Notes: generated by a model from the sequence alone, not told the origin. DNA of 64,000 bases from Sulfobacillus benefaciens (GCA_003023695.1 PXYW01000002.1:89619-153618); one strand, 5' to 3'; shown: positions 48,018-58,173, counted from the stretch's first letter. Made by a program: numbers and translations.

Positions 48018-48367
48018 TTCGTTTCTCCTTTGTCGAATAAGATGTGAGTCCATGCTCATGCTCTAGACTCTGGTTCATCGTAAAATTGGCAGATTAACAT
48101 CTCATGACAGGATGATTAATGGTTGATTATGACAGCGTTAAAATTTGCTGGGATCTAGTGCATGACCCAAAGGTCATGCAAGCGGCCCGTGTGTAGTATT
48201 TTCCGGTACCACCGGACGCGGTTTTGCAGCAGGTCGCGATGGAGTAGACCAGCATGGATACCAGGATTTCCCAAACATTTTGCTAAAAAACGGTTAAAAC
48301 ACCGTATAATAGTATTAAGGATCCTGTTTTTTAGCCAAAGTTGAGGATTAGAGAGGAGCGAAATGAT

Positions 48368-48931
48368 ATGCCGAAAATTTTAATGCTTACGGGCGATGGT
48401 GCCGAATCCCTCGAAGTGATGTATCCCTATCAACGTTTGCGAGAAGAGGGATATGAGGTAACAATTGCCGCACCCAGCAAAAAGGTCCTACAAACCGTCG
48501 TGCATGACTTCGAACCGGGATTTGACACTTACACCGAGAAAAAAGGCTATCGAGTGCAAGCGGATATGGCATTTAAAGACGTCAACCCCCAAGAATATCA
48601 AGCGGTCGTTATCCCGGGAGGACGAGCCCCAGAGTACATACGCAACGATCCTGATTTCGGACGCATTGTGCGCCACTTTTTTGATGTCGATGCGCCTGTG
48701 GCGCAGATCTGTCATGCCCCTTTGGCGTTAGCTACGGCAGGAGTCCTCAGGGGGCGTACCTCTGCAGCCTATCCCGCTTTAGCGCCCGATGTCGAAGCTG
48801 CTGGAGCGCACTTTGTTGATGGAGCGGCCGTTATTGATGGCAATATGGTATCCGCGAGAGCTTGGCCAGACCATCCGGAATGGATGCGCGCGTTTATCAC
48901 AATGTTAAAAGAACGTGTGCCTGTGGCATAA
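48368..48931 (+). CDS. DJ-1/PfpI family protein (intracellular protease/amidase-like)
   Basis: KILMLTGDGAESLE, VIPGGRAPE, nucleophile elbow ICHAP. Confidence 0.88.
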   Translation: MPKILMLTGDGAESLEVMYPYQRLREEGYEVTIAAPSKKVLQTVVHDFEPGFDTYTEKKGYRVQADMAFKDVNPQEYQAVVIPGGRAPEYIRNDPDFGRIVRHFFDVDAPVAQICHAPLALATAGVLRGRTSAAYPALAPDVEAAGAHFVDGAAVIDGNMVSARAWPDHPEWMRAFITMLKERVPVA

Positions 48932-48937
48932 GTACCC

Positions 48938-48969
48938 AAAAGGAGCTCCTTAAGTGAGAGCTCCTTTTT
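48938..48969 (+). terminator. Rho-independent terminator
   Basis: Stem GGAGCTC/GAGCTCC flanked by AAAA upstream and TTTTT downstream. Confidence 0.75.
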
Positions 48970-49058
48970 GGACCTTTGACATGTTGACTGCAACGTCTCC
49001 AAAACTTTATGGCACCAGTCACCTACGGTTTCCTGGGATACCACTCATTCGCTGGATC

Positions 49059-49265
49059 TCAACCAACCTGATATCCCGCTTCCCGGATCGCCTCTTTTAA
49101 GTTTTCTTCGGTGGTGACCGTCCCATCATAGGTCACTTTAGCCTCGTTATTTGCTAAACTCACGTTGGCTGCCTTCACTCCTGGCACCGCTTTTAAGGCG
49201 TTGGTCACCGTCATCACGCAATGATCACAAGTCATTCCTTTAATGCCCAATGCAACTTTTTCCAC
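49059..49265 (-). CDS. copZ: copper chaperone (HMA domain)
   Basis: GMTCDHCVMTV metal-binding motif. I prefer the GTG at 49265, preceded by AAGGGGGA; the ORF-track ATG at 49340 would overlap copA by 41 nt. Confidence 0.85.
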   Translation of the reverse strand: MEKVALGIKGMTCDHCVMTVTNALKAVPGVKAANVSLANNEAKVTYDGTVTTEENLKEAIREAGYQVG

Positions 49266-49299
49266 CGATGTTTCCCCCTTGAGGACTGTTTTTCTCTCA

Positions 49300-51732
49300 T
49301 TAAATGCCTTTACCCGACAAAGACTCCAGTGAATCCACATTGACCCGACGAAGCGTCAAGGAATTCGTAACTACTGACACCGAACTAAACGCCATGGCTG
49401 CACCTGCCACCATCGGTGATAGAATACCAAAAGCCGCCAAGGGAATTCCCACCACGTTATAAAACAGTGCCCAAAAGAGGTTCTGCCGAATTTTAGCCAT
49501 GGTGCGCCGTCCGATGAACACAGCGCGACGAATCCCGTCCACTTCCGGCCGAATCAATGTGACATCCGCAGTCTCCACGGCAATGTCGCTACCTTGGGCT
49601 ATGGCAATGCCGATATAGGCCTTAGCCAGTGCCGGGGCGTCGTTGATGCCATCTCCTACCATGGCTACCTTGCGTCCACGTCTCGCCCATTCGGCAATCA
49701 ACTCCGCCTTGCCTGTCGGAGACAACTCTGCATAGACGCGAGAGATGCCTACCTGAGTGGCTACCGCTGCTGCCGTCGCACGACGATCTCCAGTGAGCAT
49801 GGCCACTTCAAGTCCCATATGCGTCAGTGCAGCCACCGCGTCTTTGGCATCATCACGTATTGCATCGGCGATACCAATAATCCCGGCTAAAGCCTGGTCA
49901 CGGGCAACAAACACCACGGTATCCCCCTGGGTTTCCCATTCATCGACCTGTGTCTCAAATCGAGGTAAAACAGCTAGGGACACGCCATAATGTTCCATGA
50001 GGGTGCGATTGCCAAGTAACACCGTATGACCTTCTGCATCTTCACCCACAATTCCCATACCAGGTTCTTGATAGACATCACTGATAGCGGGCCAAGTCTC
50101 TTTTCCTGGCGCTTCCGACAATATTGCCCGAGCTAATGGATGATTGGCCTCTGACTCCAGCGCCGCCGCCAACGCCAATATCGTATCCCGGCTTTCAGTC
50201 TGCCGTACCGCTAGGACATTACGCACTTCCGGTTTCCCTCGAGTTAGCGTACCCGTCTTATCCAACGCCACCCAATTGACTTGGCTAGTACGCTCCAAGG
50301 CCTCGCCGCTGCGAAATAAAATGCCGTGCCTTGCCCCCATTCCGGATCCTACCATCACTGCCGTAGGTGTCGCCAAGCCTAGTGCACACGGGCATGCCAC
50401 TACGAGGACTGCAACTGCTGGCAATATCGCCAAAGACCAATGTCCCGTCACTCCGCCAGTCGTAGCATAAGTTACTACCGCAATGGCCATCACCGAGGGC
50501 ACAAAGATATTAGCAATCCGATCCGCAAACCGCTGAATCGGTGCTTTAGCCGATTGCGCCTCCTCTACCGCATGCACGATTCCAGCTAAAAGAGTATCTT
50601 CTCCTACCTTCTCCGCCCGCATGACAAACCGTCGGTCCCCTTGATTAACCGTACCAGCCACAACTGACTGATGCTCATGTCTTTCTTGCAACAAGGGTTC
50701 CCCGGTTAATAACGACTCATCAATTAAGGCCATTCCCTTTATAATCATCCCATCCACTGGCACACGCGATCCCGGCAATACCTGAATTTCATCTCCCGCC
50801 ACCACTTGATCCAATGCTACTTCAACCCAATCCGATCCTCGCTTGACCGTAGCAGTGTCAGGACGCAGCGCCAAGATCTGTTGGATGGCCTCCGATGTGC
50901 GTCCCTTGGCCACGGCCTCCAGATATTTTCCGATTAAGATTAGGGTAATCACAGTTGCCGAGGAATCAAAATACAATGCGCGGCCGACAAACATGTCGTA
51001 AGTGGATAATGTCCATGCGGCCAGTGTTCCGAGCGCGACCAACACATCCATATTCGCGTTGCCGTGCTTTAAATTCAACCAAGCTCTACGCGTGAAGCTG
51101 AATCCCGGACCCCATTGCACCACGCTCGCCGCCACGAATTGGACAGGGCCCGCCACCAGCACTCCAGGCCCAATGGGCACCAGCATGTGCAACATGGCCC
51201 ACCATACGGGAAGGCTAAACGCCATTGCCATCCAGAGCCGTCGACGTGCCTGTCGCGACTCCTTAACATGCGCATCATCCCCACCCCCAGAGACCACCTC
51301 TGGGGCCGCTCCCGCGGCATCCAAACTTTTTCGCACCGCATGGGGATCACCGACCCCTTTGAGCAAATCCACAGCAATGATTCCCTGCGAGGGGTTGCTG
51401 CGAACTTGGGTTACCCCAGAGAGCTGTTTCAAATCCCGCTCTAATTTGCTGCGTACAGGAGCTTCGTCCAATCCTGTAACATGAAAGCGAATCGTTTGGG
51501 TTCGGACTTGATATCCAATTTCGGTTACCGCACGAACGAAGTCCTCGGGACTGACAGCTCCCGGATCAAAAACAATATTGGCTTTTTCTAGAGCCAAGTT
51601 CACATCCGCAGCCGACACGCCGGGGATGTGCCGCAATTCCTTTTCAATGCGTAATGAGCAACTAGCACAAGTCATGCCGCCTATATCCAGTGTCAGTTGA
51701 TCACGGTCCGCCGCTGTCTCAGTATTTGGCAT
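49300..51732 (-). CDS. copA: copper-translocating P1B-type ATPase
   Basis: N-terminal HMA domain GMTCASC, then a second HMA-like domain without Cys. TM CPC motif (ACPCALGLATP), DKTGTLT, GDGINDAP. Confidence 0.95.
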   Translation of the reverse strand: MPNTETAADRDQLTLDIGGMTCASCSLRIEKELRHIPGVSAADVNLALEKANIVFDPGAVSPEDFVRAVTEIGYQVRTQTIRFHVTGLDEAPVRSKLERDLKQLSGVTQVRSNPSQGIIAVDLLKGVGDPHAVRKSLDAAGAAPEVVSGGGDDAHVKESRQARRRLWMAMAFSLPVWWAMLHMLVPIGPGVLVAGPVQFVAASVVQWGPGFSFTRRAWLNLKHGNANMDVLVALGTLAAWTLSTYDMFVGRALYFDSSATVITLILIGKYLEAVAKGRTSEAIQQILALRPDTATVKRGSDWVEVALDQVVAGDEIQVLPGSRVPVDGMIIKGMALIDESLLTGEPLLQERHEHQSVVAGTVNQGDRRFVMRAEKVGEDTLLAGIVHAVEEAQSAKAPIQRFADRIANIFVPSVMAIAVVTYATTGGVTGHWSLAILPAVAVLVVACPCALGLATPTAVMVGSGMGARHGILFRSGEALERTSQVNWVALDKTGTLTRGKPEVRNVLAVRQTESRDTILALAAALESEANHPLARAILSEAPGKETWPAISDVYQEPGMGIVGEDAEGHTVLLGNRTLMEHYGVSLAVLPRFETQVDEWETQGDTVVFVARDQALAGIIGIADAIRDDAKDAVAALTHMGLEVAMLTGDRRATAAAVATQVGISRVYAELSPTGKAELIAEWARRGRKVAMVGDGINDAPALAKAYIGIAIAQGSDIAVETADVTLIRPEVDGIRRAVFIGRRTMAKIRQNLFWALFYNVVGIPLAAFGILSPMVAGAAMAFSSVSVVTNSLTLRRVNVDSLESLSGKGI

Positions 51733-51747
51733 CTGTCTTCCCCCTAG

Positions 51748-52023
51748 CTACCGCTTCACAACCTTACGGATAACGTGCATGACCTCTCGAATAGATGCCT
51801 CACCATTTTTCGCTTGTATGGCATCGGTCACACAACCCGAAAGATGACTTTCTAATAGAATTAGCGATACTTCGTCGAGCGCACCGGTAAGTGCGCTAAT
51901 TTGCTGCAGAATGTCAGGACAATAACGACCATCATCGATCATTTTCATAATGCCCTTGACTTGCCCTTCGACGCGTTTAAGACGTGCCATTAACGCTTCG
52001 CGTTGCTCTTCATACGCATACAC
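51748..52023 (-). CDS. csoR: CsoR-family copper-sensing repressor
   Basis: RLKRVEGQVKGI, then C..D..QQ....AL and H..C pattern. GTG start preceded by AAAGGTGG. Confidence 0.88.
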   Translation of the reverse strand: MYAYEEQREALMARLKRVEGQVKGIMKMIDDGRYCPDILQQISALTGALDEVSLILLESHLSGCVTDAIQAKNGEASIREVMHVIRKVVKR

Positions 52024-52045
52024 CGCGCCACCACCTTTAATACTG

Positions 52046-52062
52046 GTACTCCCCTATAGTAT
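52046..52062 (-). promoter_or_regulatory. putative CsoR operator overlapping the cop promoter -10 region
   Basis: Minus strand reads ATACTATAGGGGAGTAC, a GC-tract pseudo-palindrome like the ATACCC..GGGGTAT-type CsoR boxes. TATACT lies immediately upstream. Confidence 0.5.
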
Positions 52063-52088
52063 ATACCTTGGTCAAAATTTTGTGCACA

Positions 52089-52940
52089 CTAAATACGGCT
52101 ACGCGCTGGCCATGCCACATGAAGTGCTTGGCGTTCCCGTTCATAAATGGCAACAAATTTTTCTGCCGCCTTGTCGCCGGACAACAATTCCAACTTTCGC
52201 ACTTCAAGGGGGTCAGCAGTGCGGATAATCTCAAGTTCTTCGGCAGTCGGTTCCGGTGTTACCGCAACGGAGTCTGTCAAACCTGACACAGGAAAAGCCG
52301 TCCGCTCTTGCACCATCTCTGCTGTGACTCCCGGATGCAATGACGAAATAGCCATCGAGCCCCCCGGACCGGAAAATGTAAACACCCCCAAATCCGTAAC
52401 CAATAAGCTTGGGGCGCCGCTTCTCCCCAAAAGCTGGTCACGTTCGGGCCCATTGCCGGCTCCGCTGCGAAAGTCTACCCGCGACACCACGCTGCGTGGA
52501 TTGTGGTGAAGAACGTAATAGAAGATTTGAGAAAGATGACTGGTATCTTCGGGTATTCCGCGAGAGCCTACAAGCGCAACTTTAGGTTTGTGCCATGGTC
52601 CGATAGCGCTAATGTTGACATTGCCGAATTGGTCGATTTGGGCAGGATTTATCCAAATACGGAACAAGTCACAAAATATGGCATCAAAAATCTCTTCCAT
52701 GGTAAGCGGTATCCCACGTTGCACATCAGTTAAAAACTGCCCTAAGGTCAATGTCGGGAGTGGCGTCACCTCCATGCCCGACTCTGGTGTTGCCAATACC
52801 GCCAATTCTGGTGCATGAGTCTTTTTTGCTACAAGTGCGGCCAGCGCCCCAAACGCGGTGACCGAACTAACCATCACCTCGCCGGAAAATTGGTGGGCCA
52901 TGGTGGCAATCATCAATTCATCCAATGTGTAATCCATCAT
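52089..52940 (-). CDS. CoA-transferase family I, subunit B (glutaconate/3-oxoacid type)
   Basis: Paired with an upstream subunit A gene. YTLDELMIATMA N-terminus, typical of GctB-like subunits. Confidence 0.75.
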   Translation of the reverse strand: MMDYTLDELMIATMAHQFSGEVMVSSVTAFGALAALVAKKTHAPELAVLATPESGMEVTPLPTLTLGQFLTDVQRGIPLTMEEIFDAIFCDLFRIWINPAQIDQFGNVNISAIGPWHKPKVALVGSRGIPEDTSHLSQIFYYVLHHNPRSVVSRVDFRSGAGNGPERDQLLGRSGAPSLLVTDLGVFTFSGPGGSMAISSLHPGVTAEMVQERTAFPVSGLTDSVAVTPEPTAEELEIIRTADPLEVRKLELLSGDKAAEKFVAIYERERQALHVAWPARSRI

Positions 52941-52962
52941 GTATCAGTCCCCCTCGTTGGAT

Positions 52963-53826
52963 TTAGACGTGTAACCGCGATACCAGACCTTCGCGGCCAC
53001 CCAAGCGATCTAAATATTGTTCATGGTCCACCCACACCATACGGTCTTGATAAGCATGCCACTGCTCCAGATCACCCGTTGCCTCCATATATTCTTCCAT
53101 GTGGCGCAAATCGGCGCGATATTCCGGAGCGCACCCCGTGGGGTGAGCTCCCCAAGGCAATTCAGCCACACCTTGGGTATGGATTCGCATAATCTGCACG
53201 TCTCGGCCAAATCGCTGCAATTCATCCCCATGGAGAATTCGTTCGCACGACATGAATGTGGTTTTGGCCGCTTTGGCACAAAGGACATCGATGTGCCCGT
53301 CGCCCAAAATTACCCCGTTTCCTCGTTCGTCGGCGTAATTGACATGAATTAAGGCAAAATCCGGATGGATTGCGGGAACCGCGACCAAAGTCTCTCCGCC
53401 AAATGGGTCCGTAATAGTGCGAAATGATGGATTCACGGTGAGCACGTCTGTGCCCAATCCTGCCCTAGTGGGAAGGAAAGGAACTCGTTTAATGGCAGCG
53501 TCCAAACCCGCCATCACGGTATATTCGGTCCACTCTTCAAACGTCACATTAGAGTTTTGGCGCGCTCTTCGGAAATGGGGAGCCAACCCCATTACCTCAA
53601 ATCCTACAAATGCGTAGATAACTTTGCTGACCACGCCCAAACCCAGCAACAAATCAACCTCAGGCCCTCCAACATTCACAATTAACGTGAGATCCTTGCG
53701 CCCACTCCGTGCCAACGCGCGCACCAACGCCATGGGCTTGCGCGACAATGAAGATCCCCCGATGGTGATACTGGCACCATCAGGAATTTGCTCCATCATG
53801 GCCTCCGCAGTTAACGTTTTATTCAC
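52963..53826 (-). CDS. CoA-transferase family I, subunit A
   Basis: ...IPDGASITIGG..., typical of GctA/AtoD-like alpha subunits. Confidence 0.78.
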   Translation of the reverse strand: MNKTLTAEAMMEQIPDGASITIGGSSLSRKPMALVRALARSGRKDLTLIVNVGGPEVDLLLGLGVVSKVIYAFVGFEVMGLAPHFRRARQNSNVTFEEWTEYTVMAGLDAAIKRVPFLPTRAGLGTDVLTVNPSFRTITDPFGGETLVAVPAIHPDFALIHVNYADERGNGVILGDGHIDVLCAKAAKTTFMSCERILHGDELQRFGRDVQIMRIHTQGVAELPWGAHPTGCAPEYRADLRHMEEYMEATGDLEQWHAYQDRMVWVDHEQYLDRLGGREGLVSRLHV

Positions 53827-54009
53827 TTTGCTTACACCTCCTATGATGACACTTAGACATCATAGGGGGAAACTCCTGCCGTTAACTGGGAAAATTGCCC
53901 ACTCCAGGATGAGACATGAATCACGTCTATAAATTGCCGGATGAAAATCCGGGTAATTGTGCCACAGAGGGTGATACTAGTTTCATGTCGATATCATGGA
54001 GGTGACAAT

Positions 54010-54228
54010 ATGGCTCGTGGAAGCAGCACAGGAAACCGCGCATTGGTCCAAGGGGCAACCCGTGCATTGGATCAATTCAAATATGAGGTGGCGCGCGAAC
54101 TAGGCATACAAGGAGTAGAAGACGGATATTGGGGCGATTTGCCGTCCCGTCAATGTGGCGCCGTCGGTGGCCACATGGTGCGAAAAATGATTGAGATGGC
54201 CGAGCAACAACTCGCCGGACGCCGTTAA
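54010..54228 (+). CDS. alpha/beta-type small acid-soluble spore protein
   Basis: 72 aa. ALDQFKYEVARELGI...W..L.SRQCGAVGGHMVKKMIE is the conserved SASP signature. ATG preceded by GGAGGTG. Confidence 0.9.
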   Translation: MARGSSTGNRALVQGATRALDQFKYEVARELGIQGVEDGYWGDLPSRQCGAVGGHMVRKMIEMAEQQLAGRR

Positions 54229-54301
54229 CGGCAATCGGCAACATCACAGGGTGACCCGCGCCTCCAATGGACAGCGCGGCTAATCCCTGTTTTACGGCGG
54301 G

Positions 54302-55318
54302 TCAAATTTCTAAGATAATCTTTCCAAACACTCCTCCCGACTGCAGATGTTCGTGCGCTTGGTCTGCCTGCTCCAATGGATAGGTATGGTCAATAACCGG
54401 TGTCAACTCCCCTCGGGCAAATAACGGCAAAATTCTAGGCAAAATTGCACTGCTTCCCAAAAACGCGCCCAAAATATTCTGGCGTCGACGAAAGACCCGG
54501 CCTAGTTCGAAACTTACTAAGCCACCTGTCGTAGCCCCCACGGTGACAATGGTGCCTCCCCGTCGGGTAGCAGACAATGATTGCTCGAAACTGGCTTGCC
54601 CCAATGAATCCACCGTCACGTCAACCCCACGCTGCTGGGTTAATGTCATGACTTCCCCTACCATATCCTCTTCGCCATCCCACACTAAAATTTCATCAGC
54701 GCCATATTGGCGCAGGCGGTCCGCTTGCTTGAAACTTGGCCGCACCACCGCAATGACCCGCAATCCGCGCCGATGGGCCAATTGTAAAGCCGCCAAACCC
54801 AGCCCGCCATTTGCACCCCATAACAGCACAGTTTGCCCCGGCAACACCTGGGATCGCATATAAAAATCCTCTGCAGTAATATACGGAACGCCAATCGAAG
54901 CAGCTTCCGCAAACGTAAGCCCACTAGGCATGGGAACCACATTTTGAGCCGGAACCACCGCATACTCGGCATAAGTCCCATCAAAAATCTGAAAAGCGCC
55001 GCAACTTGGCTGTTCGCCCGCCAAGCAGAAGCGACAGTGACCGCAGCTAAGACCGGGATTAATTACCACGCGCTGCCCCAGGGAAAACCCTGCAACATCA
55101 GGACCCAGCGCATCAATTTCCCCGGCTCCATCACTTCCCGGAGTTTTGGGATTGCCAAATCCCCCGAATGCACCTTGGCGTACCCAAATATCCCGATGAT
55201 TGATTCCCGCCGCGCGCAATCGAATACGGACCGTTCCCGGACCCGGCTCAGGTGTCGGCACTTCTTGGTATCTCAATACGTCGGCAGCTCCCGGTTCAAA
55301 TATTTGTATGGCTCGCAA
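54302..55318 (-). CDS. zinc-type alcohol dehydrogenase / quinone oxidoreductase (MDR family)
   Basis: RAIQIFEPGAADVL..., GANGGLG nucleotide-binding motif, C-terminal GKIILEI. TTG start at 55318, 9 nt after AGGAGG. Confidence 0.82.
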   Translation of the reverse strand: MRAIQIFEPGAADVLRYQEVPTPEPGPGTVRIRLRAAGINHRDIWVRQGAFGGFGNPKTPGSDGAGEIDALGPDVAGFSLGQRVVINPGLSCGHCRFCLAGEQPSCGAFQIFDGTYAEYAVVPAQNVVPMPSGLTFAEAASIGVPYITAEDFYMRSQVLPGQTVLLWGANGGLGLAALQLAHRRGLRVIAVVRPSFKQADRLRQYGADEILVWDGEEDMVGEVMTLTQQRGVDVTVDSLGQASFEQSLSATRRGGTIVTVGATTGGLVSFELGRVFRRRQNILGAFLGSSAILPRILPLFARGELTPVIDHTYPLEQADQAHEHLQSGGVFGKIILEI

Positions 55319-55422
55319 TCCGCAAATCCTCCTACGATACGACTTTTCATTGCTAATGTACCAAATTAACCTCACTAAGCGCCAGAGTTTCTTTCAAGGT
55401 TTGAGCCTGGCCACTTTGCTAC

Positions 55423-56808
55423 CTATTTCCACATCGCCCACGAAAACGACCACACTAGTGCACGGGTTTGCCGCCAAAGATCAAAAGGTTGAAAATGGTC
55501 AGGAAATATCGGCCAGTCCCAATGCAGATGCTCCGGATCTTGGACGTATTGCAAGAACTGGAGCGATAAGGTGCGGGGCATTACCGTTAATGCATCGGGC
55601 TTTTGGACCAAGTCGCTTGCATACTCCGCAAACACTTCGATGGGCATGCCGCTTTCGTTGCTGCCCCACGGGACCAAAGCGGGCAATCGGCCCTGTCTAT
55701 CGATATATTGGAGAATCCACCTCGCAGCAGTCCGCACAATGTGTGGAGACACCGACACAGAATTTGCGGATTGGTCCTCTAAAGGTTCCCATTTTAGAGG
55801 CGGCATGATCACAGGAACAGTCACCGCCTTCGGGATCGAAGGCTTGGCGATCATTGCCGCCAACAGATAAACTTGTTGTGCGGCAGACAGTGAAATATCG
55901 TCTTGGACCACGGGACCCAACTCTTGAAAAGGCAAGGCAACATTGCTCCACCGTAACGGATCCACCGTAACGGGTCCTAGTGGTTTTATCCGGCACTTGA
56001 GATCGTTTACGTCAACCCATTCGATATCCGGATGTGATTTGGCTGCTACTAAATACTGACGAAACGCTTCCATGGTGTAGGCCTGTTCTGAGCGGCTTCT
56101 CAGAGGAGCAGGGCGTAAATGGTCCGTCGTGGCACCATGAGCAAAATTGACCGCATCCCAAAATTTCGTTGTGACCAGTTCGGTCGGGTGAGCCATCACC
56201 ATAAACACCTGGTTGTTGTGGTATTCTTTAGCGGCCTCATCAAGTTTGTCGAGGGCCAACGACCAATTTTCAGGAAACTTCAAGAGAAAGGGTTTGGGTG
56301 TCATCACCGGCGGAGACAAGTGCAAGACCTTTCCCAACCAATGCGGTTCGGCCAGGGGAACAATGTAACTATTCCAAGCATCGCTAAAAAAAATATCTAT
56401 GCCTAATTTTGGCAAAGCTTCAACTGCAGCCGGAACCCAATTTGCGCCAGGTTGAGTGAAATAGGTCGGCATCTTTATTGCGGCCGCGACCATTTCCACT
56501 CCCTGGGCCTCGCGTTCTACAAAGGCTTGAACTGCGTCTTCGTAGGACAAGGATTCTAATTGCTCGGCAATTGTCGGATGCTCAGAATGGCTCCACGAAT
56601 GAAACCCAAGAGCAGGTTCGCGTACCAATGCTTCTAAAACCTCGCGATACCCCCCTTTTAGCAACGCATTCGCTTTTTTCCCCACAATGCCATAGGAGCC
56701 TGCAATTCCTATGGCATGCATTGCCTTAAGAATTTCCTGGAGCGCATCGTGCGAGGCCATAGTGAGGTAATCTTCGACATCAAAACGGATAAGACCAATG
56801 GCACTCAT
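55423..56808 (-). CDS. polysaccharide deacetylase-like (CE4/NodB-type N-terminal domain) protein with an uncharacterised C-terminal half
   Basis: IRFDVEDY (motif 1-like), HSWSH (H-x-x-x-H, motif 2-like), FTQPGANW (motif 3-like). 461 aa. Confidence 0.55.
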   Translation of the reverse strand: MSAIGLIRFDVEDYLTMASHDALQEILKAMHAIGIAGSYGIVGKKANALLKGGYREVLEALVREPALGFHSWSHSEHPTIAEQLESLSYEDAVQAFVEREAQGVEMVAAAIKMPTYFTQPGANWVPAAVEALPKLGIDIFFSDAWNSYIVPLAEPHWLGKVLHLSPPVMTPKPFLLKFPENWSLALDKLDEAAKEYHNNQVFMVMAHPTELVTTKFWDAVNFAHGATTDHLRPAPLRSRSEQAYTMEAFRQYLVAAKSHPDIEWVDVNDLKCRIKPLGPVTVDPLRWSNVALPFQELGPVVQDDISLSAAQQVYLLAAMIAKPSIPKAVTVPVIMPPLKWEPLEDQSANSVSVSPHIVRTAARWILQYIDRQGRLPALVPWGSNESGMPIEVFAEYASDLVQKPDALTVMPRTLSLQFLQYVQDPEHLHWDWPIFPDHFQPFDLWRQTRALVWSFSWAMWK

Positions 56809-57812
56809 CGAGAACAGCTCTTAGGTTCCGCCACTAAAAACTGGCAATGGTCATACAAAGAACGATACGCGGCGATTTCAAGCTGCAGTGAATGACGCGC
56901 TAGCACCCTCTTCCGTGCCTCAAGACGCATTCTTTTCACAGAGTCGCCCCCCTTCAAAGCTTCAGTTAACTGATGCACAAACTCGCCTTCGTCGCTAAAC
57001 AGTAGTCCATTGGCGCCATTTTCCACCAAGTACCGATTTCCGGCAATATTACTGCACAGAACTAAAGATCCACAGGACAATGCCTCCAACAAGGCATTAG
57101 AAACTCCTTCCACGGCAGAAGTATTGATGACCACATCCACCGCATTATACCAATCCGGCATTTCTTCTTTAGGCACTTCACCGAGTAAATGAACCCACGG
57201 ATTGCCACTGGCTTTACTTTTCACAATGCCCCATTCTCCTAAATGCCGCACGGGTCCAGCCACCGCCATATGAATGTCTATGCCCGTGGCTTCCCGCGTA
57301 GCCTCCACCAGATCAATGGCCCACGCTGAGCGCTTAACCGGCCGCACTCCACCAGCCAAGAGCACAAGCGGATGCGGTAGCGGGATAGCGGCCGGAGCAG
57401 GAGCGAACACTTGCTCATTAACCGAAGGAGAAATCACATGAATGCGATCCGCCCATCCAGGTTTGTCATCTAAGATTCTGCTTCTGGCGTCGTCGGTAAA
57501 CACGACTTGGCACGCGACATCGTCTAATGCATCGGCTATCGGCCGATAGTCTGCGACCCAATCCTGCCATAGGTCTGTTCCGGTCCAGGTGACAACCATG
57601 CGATGAGGGTTAATGCCATGGCGCACCAACTGTACCCCCACCCGATTCGCATTCCATCCATGATAGACATCAAACGATGGTAAATGGTCCTGATACAAAA
57701 CCGTGTCCGCGTGAAGTCCCTCAGATTGCAGGCCTTCTTTGACACGGCGGGCCGAAATGCTGTTGCCGCCGGTAGGCGGGGTATCTGCTGGAATAATCAA
57801 TCCTACGTTCAT
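56805..57812 (-). CDS. GT-B glycosyltransferase (GT4-like, group 1)
   Basis: N-terminal GG.S motif (PPTGGNSISA) and a C-terminal E-x7-E-like region (VEGVSNALLEALSCG). Its stop overlaps the downstream start (ATGA). Confidence 0.8.
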   Translation of the reverse strand: MNVGLIIPADTPPTGGNSISARRVKEGLQSEGLHADTVLYQDHLPSFDVYHGWNANRVGVQLVRHGINPHRMVVTWTGTDLWQDWVADYRPIADALDDVACQVVFTDDARSRILDDKPGWADRIHVISPSVNEQVFAPAPAAIPLPHPLVLLAGGVRPVKRSAWAIDLVEATREATGIDIHMAVAGPVRHLGEWGIVKSKASGNPWVHLLGEVPKEEMPDWYNAVDVVINTSAVEGVSNALLEALSCGSLVLCSNIAGNRYLVENGANGLLFSDEGEFVHQLTEALKGGDSVKRMRLEARKRVLARHSLQLEIAAYRSLYDHCQFLVAEPKSCSR

Positions 57813-57831
57813 AATTCGTCCCTTTCGTCCG

Positions 57832-58173
57832 TTATCCAATGCGCGTACCATTGGGAACGGGAGAGTCTGGTGATAATAATACGACGTCGGTGTCACTGAC
57901 CATTGCGCCCAAAATTAATACCCGAGACGTTACACCTGCAATCCGTTTAGGGGGAAAGTTCACAACGGCTGCTACCTGCCGACCCACGAGTTGAGCCGCC
58001 GAATACCGCAAGGTCAGTTGAGCCGAGGACTCTTTGGTGCCGTAATCGCCAAAATCAATGACTAAATGGTAAGCGGGTTTTTTCGCTCGAGGATTCAATT
58101 CGGCTGACAAGACGGTCCCTACTACCACATGATAGCGAAAAAAATCTTCGGTTGCCGCAAGTTCCACGTCCAA
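57832..58173 (-). CDS. csaA: tRNA-binding domain protein (CsaA/YtpR-like)
   Basis: VVGTVLSAE.NP.A.KPAY.L.IDFG......SSAQ.T..Y....LVGRQV.AVVNFPPK.IAG. 113 aa. Confidence 0.8.
   Translation of the reverse strand: MDVELAATEDFFRYHVVVGTVLSAELNPRAKKPAYHLVIDFGDYGTKESSAQLTLRYSAAQLVGRQVAAVVNFPPKRIAGVTSRVLILGAMVSDTDVVLLSPDSPVPNGTRIG

Noticed and set aside
49594-51484. Long antisense ORFs inside copA (for example 51002..51484, 50144..50470, 49594..49890)
   Set aside because: They lie entirely within a strongly supported P-type ATPase gene on the opposite strand, and they are low-complexity Ala/Ser/Pro/Thr-rich translations typical of antisense frames.
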